Below, piece after piece: positions 46,484 through 54,534 of a DNA stretch of 64,000 nucleotides; position 1 is the stretch's first letter; every line of letters starts with the position of its first letter. The notes under the pieces were generated by a model. It worked only from the letters and a program-made list of their open reading frames with translations, ran no database searches and was not told the origin of the DNA. The stretch is from an uncultured Solibacteraceae bacterium (GTDB lineage: Bacteria; Acidobacteriota; Terriglobia; Bryobacterales; Bryobacteraceae), in NCBI GenBank assembly GCA_964505625.1, contig CAZDIZ010000002.1, positions 9,803 through 73,802 on the forward strand. The letters run 5' to 3'. A program made the position numbers and the translations under genes.

Positions 46484-48997
46484 TTGCGAGACCCACTGGT
46501 TGCCCCGCTGGCCGCAACGGCCATAGGTATCCTGATTTCGCGCTTTGTTTCCTTTGAGATACGCGAACTTCTGGCCGCCGGGGCAGGTTTCTTGCTGTTG
46601 GCATTGTTGGCCGGATGGCGCAGGTCGCGCCCGCTCGAATGGGTGTGCGCGATGCTAGCGATGGCCGTGGCCGGCGCGTTTCTTGCCACTTTGCACCGGC
46701 CGGGCGCGCCGCCGGTCTTGGACGCGGCCTTCAACGAAACCGTGATTTTGTCCGGTTGCGTGGTAACTCCACCGTCGCTCTATGAAGGCCGCAACCAGTT
46801 CCTGCTGGAACTTGAGCCGGGCGCGCGGGCGCGCGTCAACCTTTATTTACGTGAGGGGGAAGCACCGCCGGCGCTCCGCTACGGGCAGAAGATCGAAATC
46901 GACGGGCGGGTGCGCCGCCCGCACAACTTCGGCAACCCGGGCGCGTTTGATCACGCCGGGTATCTTGCCCGCCAGGACATCTACTGGGCCGTCTCGGCAA
47001 CCGGGACTGCGAGCGTACATCCGCTTGAAGGGGCATGCGGTTCGCCGTTCTGGAGCGCCGTCTTCAGAATGCGCACGGGCGCACTGGAACGCATCGAAGC
47101 GCTCTATCGCGGAAACGCCTGGGCCGTTGGCATGATGCAAGCCATCCTGATAGGTGAATCTTCGCAGCTTGAAAAAGTCTGGACCGAGCATTTCCGCCGC
47201 ACCGGCACCTATCACGCGTTGGTCATTTCCGGCTTGCACATCACCGTGCTGGCGGGTTTCCTGCTCTTTTTGTTGAGGATGGTGGCCGTGCCCACCACGC
47301 CGGCGCTGCTTGCGACGGCCGCGGCCGCCTGGCTTTACGCCATAGTGGCGGGTTGGCAGGCACCCGTGATTCGCGCCGCTGGCGGGTTCACGCTCTATCT
47401 GGTGGCGCGGCATGTTTACCGCCGCACAAGGGTGTTGAATCTGCTTGCCGCCGTCGCGCTGATCTATCTGTTGCTCGACCCGCAGCAGATGTTCGAAGCC
47501 AGTTTCCAGCTATCATTTCTGTCCGTTGCGGCGATTGGCGCTCTGGCCGCTCCGCTGCTCGAAGCCACCAGCGCTCCTTACGCCACCGCGCTGCGCGGCA
47601 TCGCCAACCTGGCGCTCGATCCCAACTTGCCGGTTCGTGCGGCGGCTTTTCGGGTCGAACTGCGTTTGCTCGCGCAGACGGCCGCGCTGTGGACACGCGT
47701 TTCCGAGCGCGTTTGGCTGGTAACCATCGCCGCCGCTCTGCGTGTGCTGTTGTACATGTTCGAACTTACGGTGATTTCGGCGGTTGTACAGGTCGGCTTG
47801 GCGCTGCCCATGATCCTGTACTTCCACCGGGCCTCGTTTACGGGGATTCTTGCAAACGCCGTGGTCGTGCCGCTGCTTAGCGGCGTAGTCCCCATCGGGT
47901 TCGTCGCGGTGTTCGGCAAGTCGCAGTGGGCGGCTAAGTTAGCCGAGTTGCTGTTGTCGTGGGCGGAAGGTGTTGTGCGGTGGTGCGCCGCCATCGAACC
48001 GAATTGGAGAGTCCCTGACCCGCCTGTAGTACTGGCGTTGGCGTTCGTCGCCGCGCTGCTCGGTGTGCCGTTCGCACTCCGTCGCGGCCGGTTCTTGCGT
48101 TCGGCCGCGCTGGGCGTGGTGTTGGCGTTGTTCGCCGTGTTGCTTTGGCACCCGTTCGCCCCCGATGTGCGCTTGGGGAAACTGGAACTGACCGCCATTG
48201 ACGTCGGCGAAGGCGACAGCTTGCTGGTGGCGACGCCGCAGGGCAAACTCCTGCTGATCGATGCGGGTGGATTGGTGCGCTATTCAAGCCACTACCGTCC
48301 GCGCCTGGATATTGGAGAAGATGTCGTCTCGCCATACTTGTGGAGCCGTTCCATAAGGCGTTTGGATGCGGTGGTCTTCTCTCACACCGATGAGGACCAC
48401 ATTGGAGGGATGGCGGCCGTGATACGCAACTTCCGTCCAGCGGAGTTTTGGGTGGGTGCAGGCGACGAGGCGAAGTGGAAACCTCTGTGCGACGAGGCCT
48501 TACGGCAATCGGCGCGCGTTGTGAAACTCTCGACCGGTCAGAACTTTGACTTTGGCGGGGCGCGAATCGAGATCGTCTCCGCGCCCGAGAGCCGGCACGC
48601 AAACGACTCGCTGCTGGTCCGGATCAGTCAAGGCCGCCACTCATTTCTATTGACCGGCGACGCTGAGCAAGACCAGGAAAACGAGTTGCTGGAGCAAGCG
48701 GCGGTTCCACTAGCCGACGTGCTAAAAGTGGCGCATCACGGCAGCAAGACCAGCACGCAAGACACCCTCCTGGATGCCGTGCGTCCGGCTTTTGCCTTAA
48801 TTTCAGTAGGTTATGAGAATTTCTTTCGGCATCCCCATCCGTCGGTGCTGGCGCGTATCGCCGAACGGCACATTGCTGTCATGCGAACCGATCTGGTTGG
48901 AGTAGTATCAATCCGCACTGATGGCGTAAGGTTTCAAGTCAGTACTTTCCGGGATTACGTAGGGGATAAGTCCGGTTTTCTTTTCGATCCGTATTAG
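46484..48997 (+). CDS. comEC: DNA internalisation competence protein ComEC/Rec2
   Basis: 837 aa. Polytopic competence domain (YHALVISGLHITVLAG), then a metallo-beta-lactamase domain (IDVGEGDSLLV...FSHTDEDHIGG...VAHHGSKTS). Confidence 0.88.
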   Translation: MRDPLVAPLAATAIGILISRFVSFEIRELLAAGAGFLLLALLAGWRRSRPLEWVCAMLAMAVAGAFLATLHRPGAPPVLDAAFNETVILSGCVVTPPSLYEGRNQFLLELEPGARARVNLYLREGEAPPALRYGQKIEIDGRVRRPHNFGNPGAFDHAGYLARQDIYWAVSATGTASVHPLEGACGSPFWSAVFRMRTGALERIEALYRGNAWAVGMMQAILIGESSQLEKVWTEHFRRTGTYHALVISGLHITVLAGFLLFLLRMVAVPTTPALLATAAAAWLYAIVAGWQAPVIRAAGGFTLYLVARHVYRRTRVLNLLAAVALIYLLLDPQQMFEASFQLSFLSVAAIGALAAPLLEATSAPYATALRGIANLALDPNLPVRAAAFRVELRLLAQTAALWTRVSERVWLVTIAAALRVLLYMFELTVISAVVQVGLALPMILYFHRASFTGILANAVVVPLLSGVVPIGFVAVFGKSQWAAKLAELLLSWAEGVVRWCAAIEPNWRVPDPPVVLALAFVAALLGVPFALRRGRFLRSAALGVVLALFAVLLWHPFAPDVRLGKLELTAIDVGEGDSLLVATPQGKLLLIDAGGLVRYSSHYRPRLDIGEDVVSPYLWSRSIRRLDAVVFSHTDEDHIGGMAAVIRNFRPAEFWVGAGDEAKWKPLCDEALRQSARVVKLSTGQNFDFGGARIEIVSAPESRHANDSLLVRISQGRHSFLLTGDAEQDQENELLEQAAVPLADVLKVAHHGSKTSTQDTLLDAVRPAFALISVGYENFFRHPHPSVLARIAERHIAVMRTDLVGVVSIRTDGVRFQVSTFRDYVGDKSGFLFDPY

Positions 48998-49060
48998 ACG
49001 ATAATTTTTGAGTCCTGTAATGCTCTGAGGCACGAGAACCGATAAGATAGAAAGCACGGG

Positions 49061-50044
49061 ATGTCCTCGTCTTCGACAAACTCGCCGCGGGTCGTACAAT
49101 TGCAGGCGAAGTCCACGCCGGCAAGTGCCAGTGCGGAATTGCTGCGTGAAATCTCCGCCGCACTGTGGGTAGACCAGCACGCGGTTCCCGAAAGCCATCC
49201 GATGCGCGCGATTTGCGAGGGTGGCGACCACGAACAACTGGCGCACGCCGCCGAGGAAGATCCCATCGCGTTCTGTGCCGTGGCGCTGAAGATGCTGCGC
49301 GCTCTGGACCCGTTTCCGGCGCGTGAGCGCTTGGTGCGAGTGCTGCTGGAAAGCGATGTGCTGCTCGCGCCGCTTTGCGATCCCCTTTCATTCAGCCGTG
49401 CCAAGGCGTTGAACCTGGCTTCCTTGTACGTCACCGTTCAGCCGCAGTTGGCCGCGCGCATGTTGGCGCGGATGCTGTCGAGTACTGGAGCCGCGGCCAG
49501 CGCCCTGTCAGGTTTGGCCGCCGAGCGCGCCATCGAGATCATTTCCGCCACCGGTGATCCCAGCCAGTTGGAAGAAGGGCTGTGCCTGCTGCTGGATCAC
49601 GTCAACCCGCGCATCCGTTCGAAGATCGGTCTGTTGATCGCACAAGCAAGGCCCGATGCACAGTGGGTAGGCCAGCGCATCATGGTGGAGCCGGATGCCC
49701 GTCTGCGCGCCAATCTGATTGAAGGAATCTGGCACTGCGATAGTGAAGACGCCCGGGACGTTCTCTGGGAAGCCGCCGGCGACGCCGATAACCGCGTGGT
49801 TGCCAACGCTTTGCTGGGGTTGGCGTATCTGGGCGAGCCTGAAGCACTGAAGTTGATCCGCCGCATGACCATTCATCCGCAGCCGCACTTCCGCGCCTCC
49901 GGTGCCTGGGCCATGGGTGAATCCGGCGAGCCGTCCTTCGTCAGCGAACTCGATCGCTTACAGCAGGACGACGACGCCGCAGTGCGCCGCATGGCCACCC
50001 GCTCCATGGCGCGTTTGCGCGACGTGCTGGTCCGTTCGGCATAG
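49061..50044 (+). CDS. HEAT-repeat protein
   Basis: PBS-lyase/HEAT-like repeats (DADNRVVANALLGLAYLGEPEALKLIRRM; PHFRASGAWAMGESGEPSFVSELDRL; DDAAVRRMATRSMARL). Confidence 0.7.
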   Translation: MSSSSTNSPRVVQLQAKSTPASASAELLREISAALWVDQHAVPESHPMRAICEGGDHEQLAHAAEEDPIAFCAVALKMLRALDPFPARERLVRVLLESDVLLAPLCDPLSFSRAKALNLASLYVTVQPQLAARMLARMLSSTGAAASALSGLAAERAIEIISATGDPSQLEEGLCLLLDHVNPRIRSKIGLLIAQARPDAQWVGQRIMVEPDARLRANLIEGIWHCDSEDARDVLWEAAGDADNRVVANALLGLAYLGEPEALKLIRRMTIHPQPHFRASGAWAMGESGEPSFVSELDRLQQDDDAAVRRMATRSMARLRDVLVRSA

Positions 50045-50094
50045 CTGTCCGTCGAATCCTCCCAAGTTCTTCCGCAACACGGTAGTCTGTTCCT

Positions 50095-51345
50095 ATGCAT
50101 ACACGCTACGTTGCGTTTGTCGCGCTCTTTGCGTCCCTACTCCCCGCTCAGGTTACCGGCTTGCTCACACATCGCGGACGCACGGTGTTTCCCATCGGCA
50201 ACTACGAAATGCCCAAGACCGATGCCGATCTGAAAGCCATGGCCGAGGCCGGCATCAACCTGGTGCACTGCGGGAATGCCAAGGATCTGGATCGCGCCGC
50301 AGCCGCGGGCGTGCTCGGTTGGGTGAGCGTTCCCATGCAACTTGGCGACGATTCCAAAGGTGTACTGCGGAAAGCCATCGAGAGCGTGAAGTCGCATCCG
50401 GCGCTGGCAGCCTGGGAAGGGCCGGACGAAGTGGTATGGTGCTTCACCGCTTACAGCCAACTGTTTCGCAGCGGAATACACAAGGTCAAGGGTGAATGGT
50501 GGCTGCAGACTCCCAACGCTCTGAACTACGCCGAAAAGCAGGCCAGCGAAATCATGCCCAAACTGCGCGAGGGCGCGCGGTTGATTCGCACGCTTGATGC
50601 GCGACGCCGTCCTCTGTGGATCAATGAAGCCGCCAAGAGCGATTTGGGCTACATGCGCCAGTACATCGACTCGATCGACATCACCGGCTGCGACATTTAT
50701 CCGATCCACGAAAAGGAAAAGGACCCGGCGGCGCTCGCCGATTACACGGTGCGCTTCAAGGCGATCGGCCGAGGGCGTCCCGTGTGGATGGTCTTGCAGG
50801 CCTTCGCCTGGGGCAATCTGAGCGGCTTTGGTCCGGAAGCGGTCACCTATCCCACCTTCGACGAGACGCGTTTGATGGCCTACGCATCGCTCACGCACGG
50901 CGCCAAAGCGCTTCTCTATTGGGGCTCCAGTACGGTGCCGGAAGGCGATCCGTTCCGCGCCTCGATTTTTGCCATGACCAGTGAGCTTTCGGCGCTGCAG
51001 CCGTTCCTGGTTGCGCCCGAAGAAAAGACCGTGCGCGTGAAGCTCATCGAATCGGAAGGACGCGGACAGGCGGGCGACCGCGGCGTTAGTTGGATGGCGC
51101 GCCGCGCCGGCGCCGATTGGCTGATCGTTGTGGCCAACGAAGACGCGCGCGAACACATGGGCGTGGAAGTGAGCGGATTAACGCTTCTGAATGGGAGCGT
51201 GCTGCAAGAACTCTACAGCCCGAATTCAGTGAAGGTCTCGCGTGGCGAAATCATCGCGCGTTTGAGACCGCATCAGGTGAAGGTCTACTCGACCAACCGA
51301 AAGTTCGAAACCGCGCGCCGCGCCGGCCGCGAATACACACGTTGA
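50095..51345 (+). CDS. Secreted hypothetical protein, possible TIM-barrel glycoside hydrolase
   Basis: Signal peptide MHTRYVAFVALFASLLPAQ. Alternating strand/helix pattern (GINLVHC..., WEGPDEV, PLWINEA, GCDIYP, VWMVLQAF) suggests a clan GH-A-like barrel. Not assigned to a family. Confidence 0.45.
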   Translation: MHTRYVAFVALFASLLPAQVTGLLTHRGRTVFPIGNYEMPKTDADLKAMAEAGINLVHCGNAKDLDRAAAAGVLGWVSVPMQLGDDSKGVLRKAIESVKSHPALAAWEGPDEVVWCFTAYSQLFRSGIHKVKGEWWLQTPNALNYAEKQASEIMPKLREGARLIRTLDARRRPLWINEAAKSDLGYMRQYIDSIDITGCDIYPIHEKEKDPAALADYTVRFKAIGRGRPVWMVLQAFAWGNLSGFGPEAVTYPTFDETRLMAYASLTHGAKALLYWGSSTVPEGDPFRASIFAMTSELSALQPFLVAPEEKTVRVKLIESEGRGQAGDRGVSWMARRAGADWLIVVANEDAREHMGVEVSGLTLLNGSVLQELYSPNSVKVSRGEIIARLRPHQVKVYSTNRKFETARRAGREYTR

Positions 51346-51356
51346 GATACCCACGA

Positions 51357-53042
51357 ATGAAATCGAGATTTCTATTTGCACTGCTGCTTGTTTCTGTGAT
51401 TGCCTGGGGCGCCGCCGGTACGTCGACAATCATGTACTCGGCTCAGCCGAACGCTTACTTCGACGATCACGCCGCCGATATCAAGAAGTTCGCCGATGGG
51501 TTCTTCTTTGTCGCGGGCGATTGGTCGGAAGCGTCCAAACGCCTGGCGCCGTCGAATAACACCTGGCTGGATGCGCTGCGGAAGAACATCGCCTCACTGC
51601 GCAAAGCCGGCGTGAGTGAGAATTTCCTGGGCGTTTCTTTCGGTGAGAACGCCGTGTGGCCCTCCGAGCAGACGCTGCTTGGGGACGCCGCACTCGCGAA
51701 GATGCGCGCGGAGTTCGCGGCGACGGGCCGTGCGGCCAAGTCGCTCGGATTTCGCGGCGTTTCGATTGACGTCGAATATCCATACAAACGCTACGTGCTG
51801 GATCATCCGTCGTGGACTTACTCGGGCTACACCACCGAGGATCTGATCGCGGCGGCATACCGGCAAGGGCAGACGGCCATCGCCGCGCTGCTGGATGAAT
51901 ACCCCCAGGCCGTTATTCTGCTGTTGCCGGGCGAACTGTACTCGACGCGCCGTATCGGCCGGGAGTTCATGCGCGGCATTCTGGATGAGATGGCGCGGCG
52001 CGACGCGCCGGGCGGACTGCATCTCGGCTCTGAATACACTTACACGACGGGCGACGCGCTCTCGACGTTGGCTACCGCGCGCATGGAAGATCCGCTGATC
52101 GCGAAGCTGGCCTCGCCGCGCGCGGCCGCCTATTGGAAGCGCCGCGGTACCATGGCGCCCGGCGTGTGGCCGCTGCACATGGTCGAGACCGGCGGCAAGG
52201 ACTATCCCGTGCAGCCGTGGAAAAAGGAGTTCGCCGAGCTGCGCGAACAGATGTCGCTCCTTCGCGCTGTCGCCAAACGCTACGTATGGACCTTCACGGC
52301 CAACCCCATCTGGTACGTGCATACGCCGGAAATCGAAGCCCGGTACGGGTTGCGCAAGCAGGACCTGAAGCGCGCCGATATCGACATTCGCGATTGCCAG
52401 CTTTTGATGAGCGAACGCACTGCGCCGCCGGCGAAATGGAGCGGCGCCATCGAGAGTATACGACGCTATGATCGCGGCGAGCTTTCGCCGGATCAATTGT
52501 GCGACGCGTTCGGCACGCCCGGCCGTTGGTGGGTGCTGGGCTTGCTTGCGCATCCGCGCAAGCTGCCGCAATTTGCCGCCGTCGGCGCCGCCACCGCGCC
52601 CATCGACCGCGAGACCACGCACCACGGACGCGACGGCGCGTTGCGTTGGTTCCCCGTCAGCCTGTATGATCCGCGCGGCGTGGTGAACTGCCAGTACCTT
52701 TTCGATTGGCGCGCCACCAATGCGAGCGGCGCGCATTTTGCGACTTACGTTCATTCCACCGCCGCGCGCCGCGCCACGCTGCACCTTGGTTGGGACGACG
52801 TGGTGACCGTGCGCTGGAACGGCAAGATCGTCTTCGACACCCGCGACGATGCGCGCCAGGTCAAAGGCCTGCTCTATCTCGACAAGTACCGCTTCGAAAA
52901 ACAGTTGCCCATCGAGCTAACGGCCGGCCGCAACAAGTTGGTCATCACCAGTACGAACGATCACGGCGCGTGGGCGTTTGATGTGCGCATCACCGGCGAA
53001 GACGGCGCGCCGCTCACCGGTCTGCGCTTCGGTCTGGAATAG
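51357..53042 (+). CDS. Secreted hypothetical protein with a C-terminal beta-sandwich-like domain
   Basis: Start at MKSRFLFALLLVSVIAWGAAG (in frame within track ORF 51090..53042). The C-terminus LHLGWDDVVTVRWNGKIVFD...LVITSTNDHGAWAFDVRI resembles carbohydrate-binding/galactose-binding-like modules. Confidence 0.55.
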   Translation: MKSRFLFALLLVSVIAWGAAGTSTIMYSAQPNAYFDDHAADIKKFADGFFFVAGDWSEASKRLAPSNNTWLDALRKNIASLRKAGVSENFLGVSFGENAVWPSEQTLLGDAALAKMRAEFAATGRAAKSLGFRGVSIDVEYPYKRYVLDHPSWTYSGYTTEDLIAAAYRQGQTAIAALLDEYPQAVILLLPGELYSTRRIGREFMRGILDEMARRDAPGGLHLGSEYTYTTGDALSTLATARMEDPLIAKLASPRAAAYWKRRGTMAPGVWPLHMVETGGKDYPVQPWKKEFAELREQMSLLRAVAKRYVWTFTANPIWYVHTPEIEARYGLRKQDLKRADIDIRDCQLLMSERTAPPAKWSGAIESIRRYDRGELSPDQLCDAFGTPGRWWVLGLLAHPRKLPQFAAVGAATAPIDRETTHHGRDGALRWFPVSLYDPRGVVNCQYLFDWRATNASGAHFATYVHSTAARRATLHLGWDDVVTVRWNGKIVFDTRDDARQVKGLLYLDKYRFEKQLPIELTAGRNKLVITSTNDHGAWAFDVRITGEDGAPLTGLRFGLE

Positions 53043-53103
53043 TGAGCCGGTGCTCACCGTGATATCGTAATTAACTCCGCCTGAATAGGAGAGGTTCCGC
53101 ATT

Positions 53104-54450
53104 ATGTCACAGCATCAAGTTTCAAGACGCTATTTTTTTCAAGGGAGTCTGCTCGCTGGAGCGGTCCCACTGGCGGGCTTCGGCAGCGTGCCATCGTTGA
53201 AGTTGCTCGGCTACAAATCCCCCAACGAAAAGCTGAACATCGCCGCCATTGGCGCGGGTGGGAAGGGCAACGCCGATGTCGACGCTTGCTCCATCACCGA
53301 GAATATTGTCGCCCTGGCGGACCCGGATTCCAAGCGCGCCGAGCGCTTGTTCAAGAAGTATCCGAAGGTTCCCAAGTACAAAGACTTTCGCCAGATGCTG
53401 GACAAAGAGGGCAAGAATATCGATGCAGTCACGGTTTCCTGCCCCGATCACATGCACGGCACCGCCGCCATGTGGGCCATGGAGCGCGGCAAGCACGTCT
53501 ACTGTCAGAAGCCGTTGACGCGTACCGTGTGGGAAGCGCGCGAGCTGACCAAGGCGGCCAAGAAATACAACGTCGCGACGCAGATGGGCAACCAGGGCTA
53601 CTCGAACGACGGCACGCGCGAGTGCGCCGAAATCGTGTGGTCCGGCGATCTGGGCAACGTGAAGGAAGTGCACGCCTGGACCAACCGGCCCGTGTGGCCG
53701 CAAGGGCCCCAGGTGGTTCCGGTCGAAGCGCCCGTGCCGGAGACGCTCGATTGGGATGTGTGGCTGGGACTCGCGGCATCGCGTCCTTACAGCCCCGCCT
53801 ATGTGCCGCACAACTGGCGCGGCTTTCCCGACTTCGGTTGCGGCGCCATCGGCGACATGGCCTGTCACATCATGGGTGCGCCCAACATGGCCCTGCGTCT
53901 GACCGCGCCCACCAGCGTCGAGTGCATACACCAGGAAGGCAAGAGCAAGTACACGTTCCCCCAAAAATCCATCCTGCGTTACGAGTTTCCCGCGCGCGAC
54001 AACATGCCGGCGGTAACCGTTTACTGGCACGATGGCGGTTTGCTGCCGCCGCGTCCGAAGGGAATTCCGGAAGATGAAGTTCTCGGCGACGGTGGCCGCA
54101 ACGGAAGTCTCTTCATCGGCGACAAGGCAATCATGACCACAGGCGAGTACGGCGGCAAGACGCGTCTGCTGCCGGCGTCCAAGATGAAGGACTACAAGCT
54201 GCCGCCGCCGCTGCTGACGCGCTCACCAGGCCACTATCGCGATTGGATTCGAGCGGCGAAAGGCGGCTCGCGCTCCTGTTCCGATTTCAGCGTCGCAGGT
54301 CCGTTTACCGAATGGATGCTGTTAGGTGTGCTGGCGCTCCGGTTCGAAGGCAAGCTGCTTTGGGACCCGGTAAAGATGCGCATCACCAATAACGCCGAGG
54401 CCAATAGTTGCCTCAAGCCGCAGTTCCGCAAGGGCTGGACGTTCGTCTAG
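53104..54450 (+). CDS. Tat-exported Gfo/Idh/MocA-family oxidoreductase
   Basis: MSQHQVSRRYFFQGSLLAGAVPLAGFG Tat signal. LNIAAIGAGGKG. VYCQKPL. Confidence 0.85.
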   Translation: MSQHQVSRRYFFQGSLLAGAVPLAGFGSVPSLKLLGYKSPNEKLNIAAIGAGGKGNADVDACSITENIVALADPDSKRAERLFKKYPKVPKYKDFRQMLDKEGKNIDAVTVSCPDHMHGTAAMWAMERGKHVYCQKPLTRTVWEARELTKAAKKYNVATQMGNQGYSNDGTRECAEIVWSGDLGNVKEVHAWTNRPVWPQGPQVVPVEAPVPETLDWDVWLGLAASRPYSPAYVPHNWRGFPDFGCGAIGDMACHIMGAPNMALRLTAPTSVECIHQEGKSKYTFPQKSILRYEFPARDNMPAVTVYWHDGGLLPPRPKGIPEDEVLGDGGRNGSLFIGDKAIMTTGEYGGKTRLLPASKMKDYKLPPPLLTRSPGHYRDWIRAAKGGSRSCSDFSVAGPFTEWMLLGVLALRFEGKLLWDPVKMRITNNAEANSCLKPQFRKGWTFV

Positions 54451-54480
54451 GAATAAGTAGTTGCCGCAAGAGCATTACAC

Positions 54481-54514
54481 GGCCTCCGGTTCAGGCATCG
54501 CCGCGCCGGAGGCC
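54481..54514 (+). terminator. Strong hairpin (possible terminator or attenuator) between two plus-strand genes
   Basis: GGCCTCCGG - 16 nt - CCGGAGGCC (perfect 9 bp) followed by AATCCATTTT. The U-tract is weak. Confidence 0.35.
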
Positions 54515-54534
54515 AATCCATTTTGGAGAGTCCC

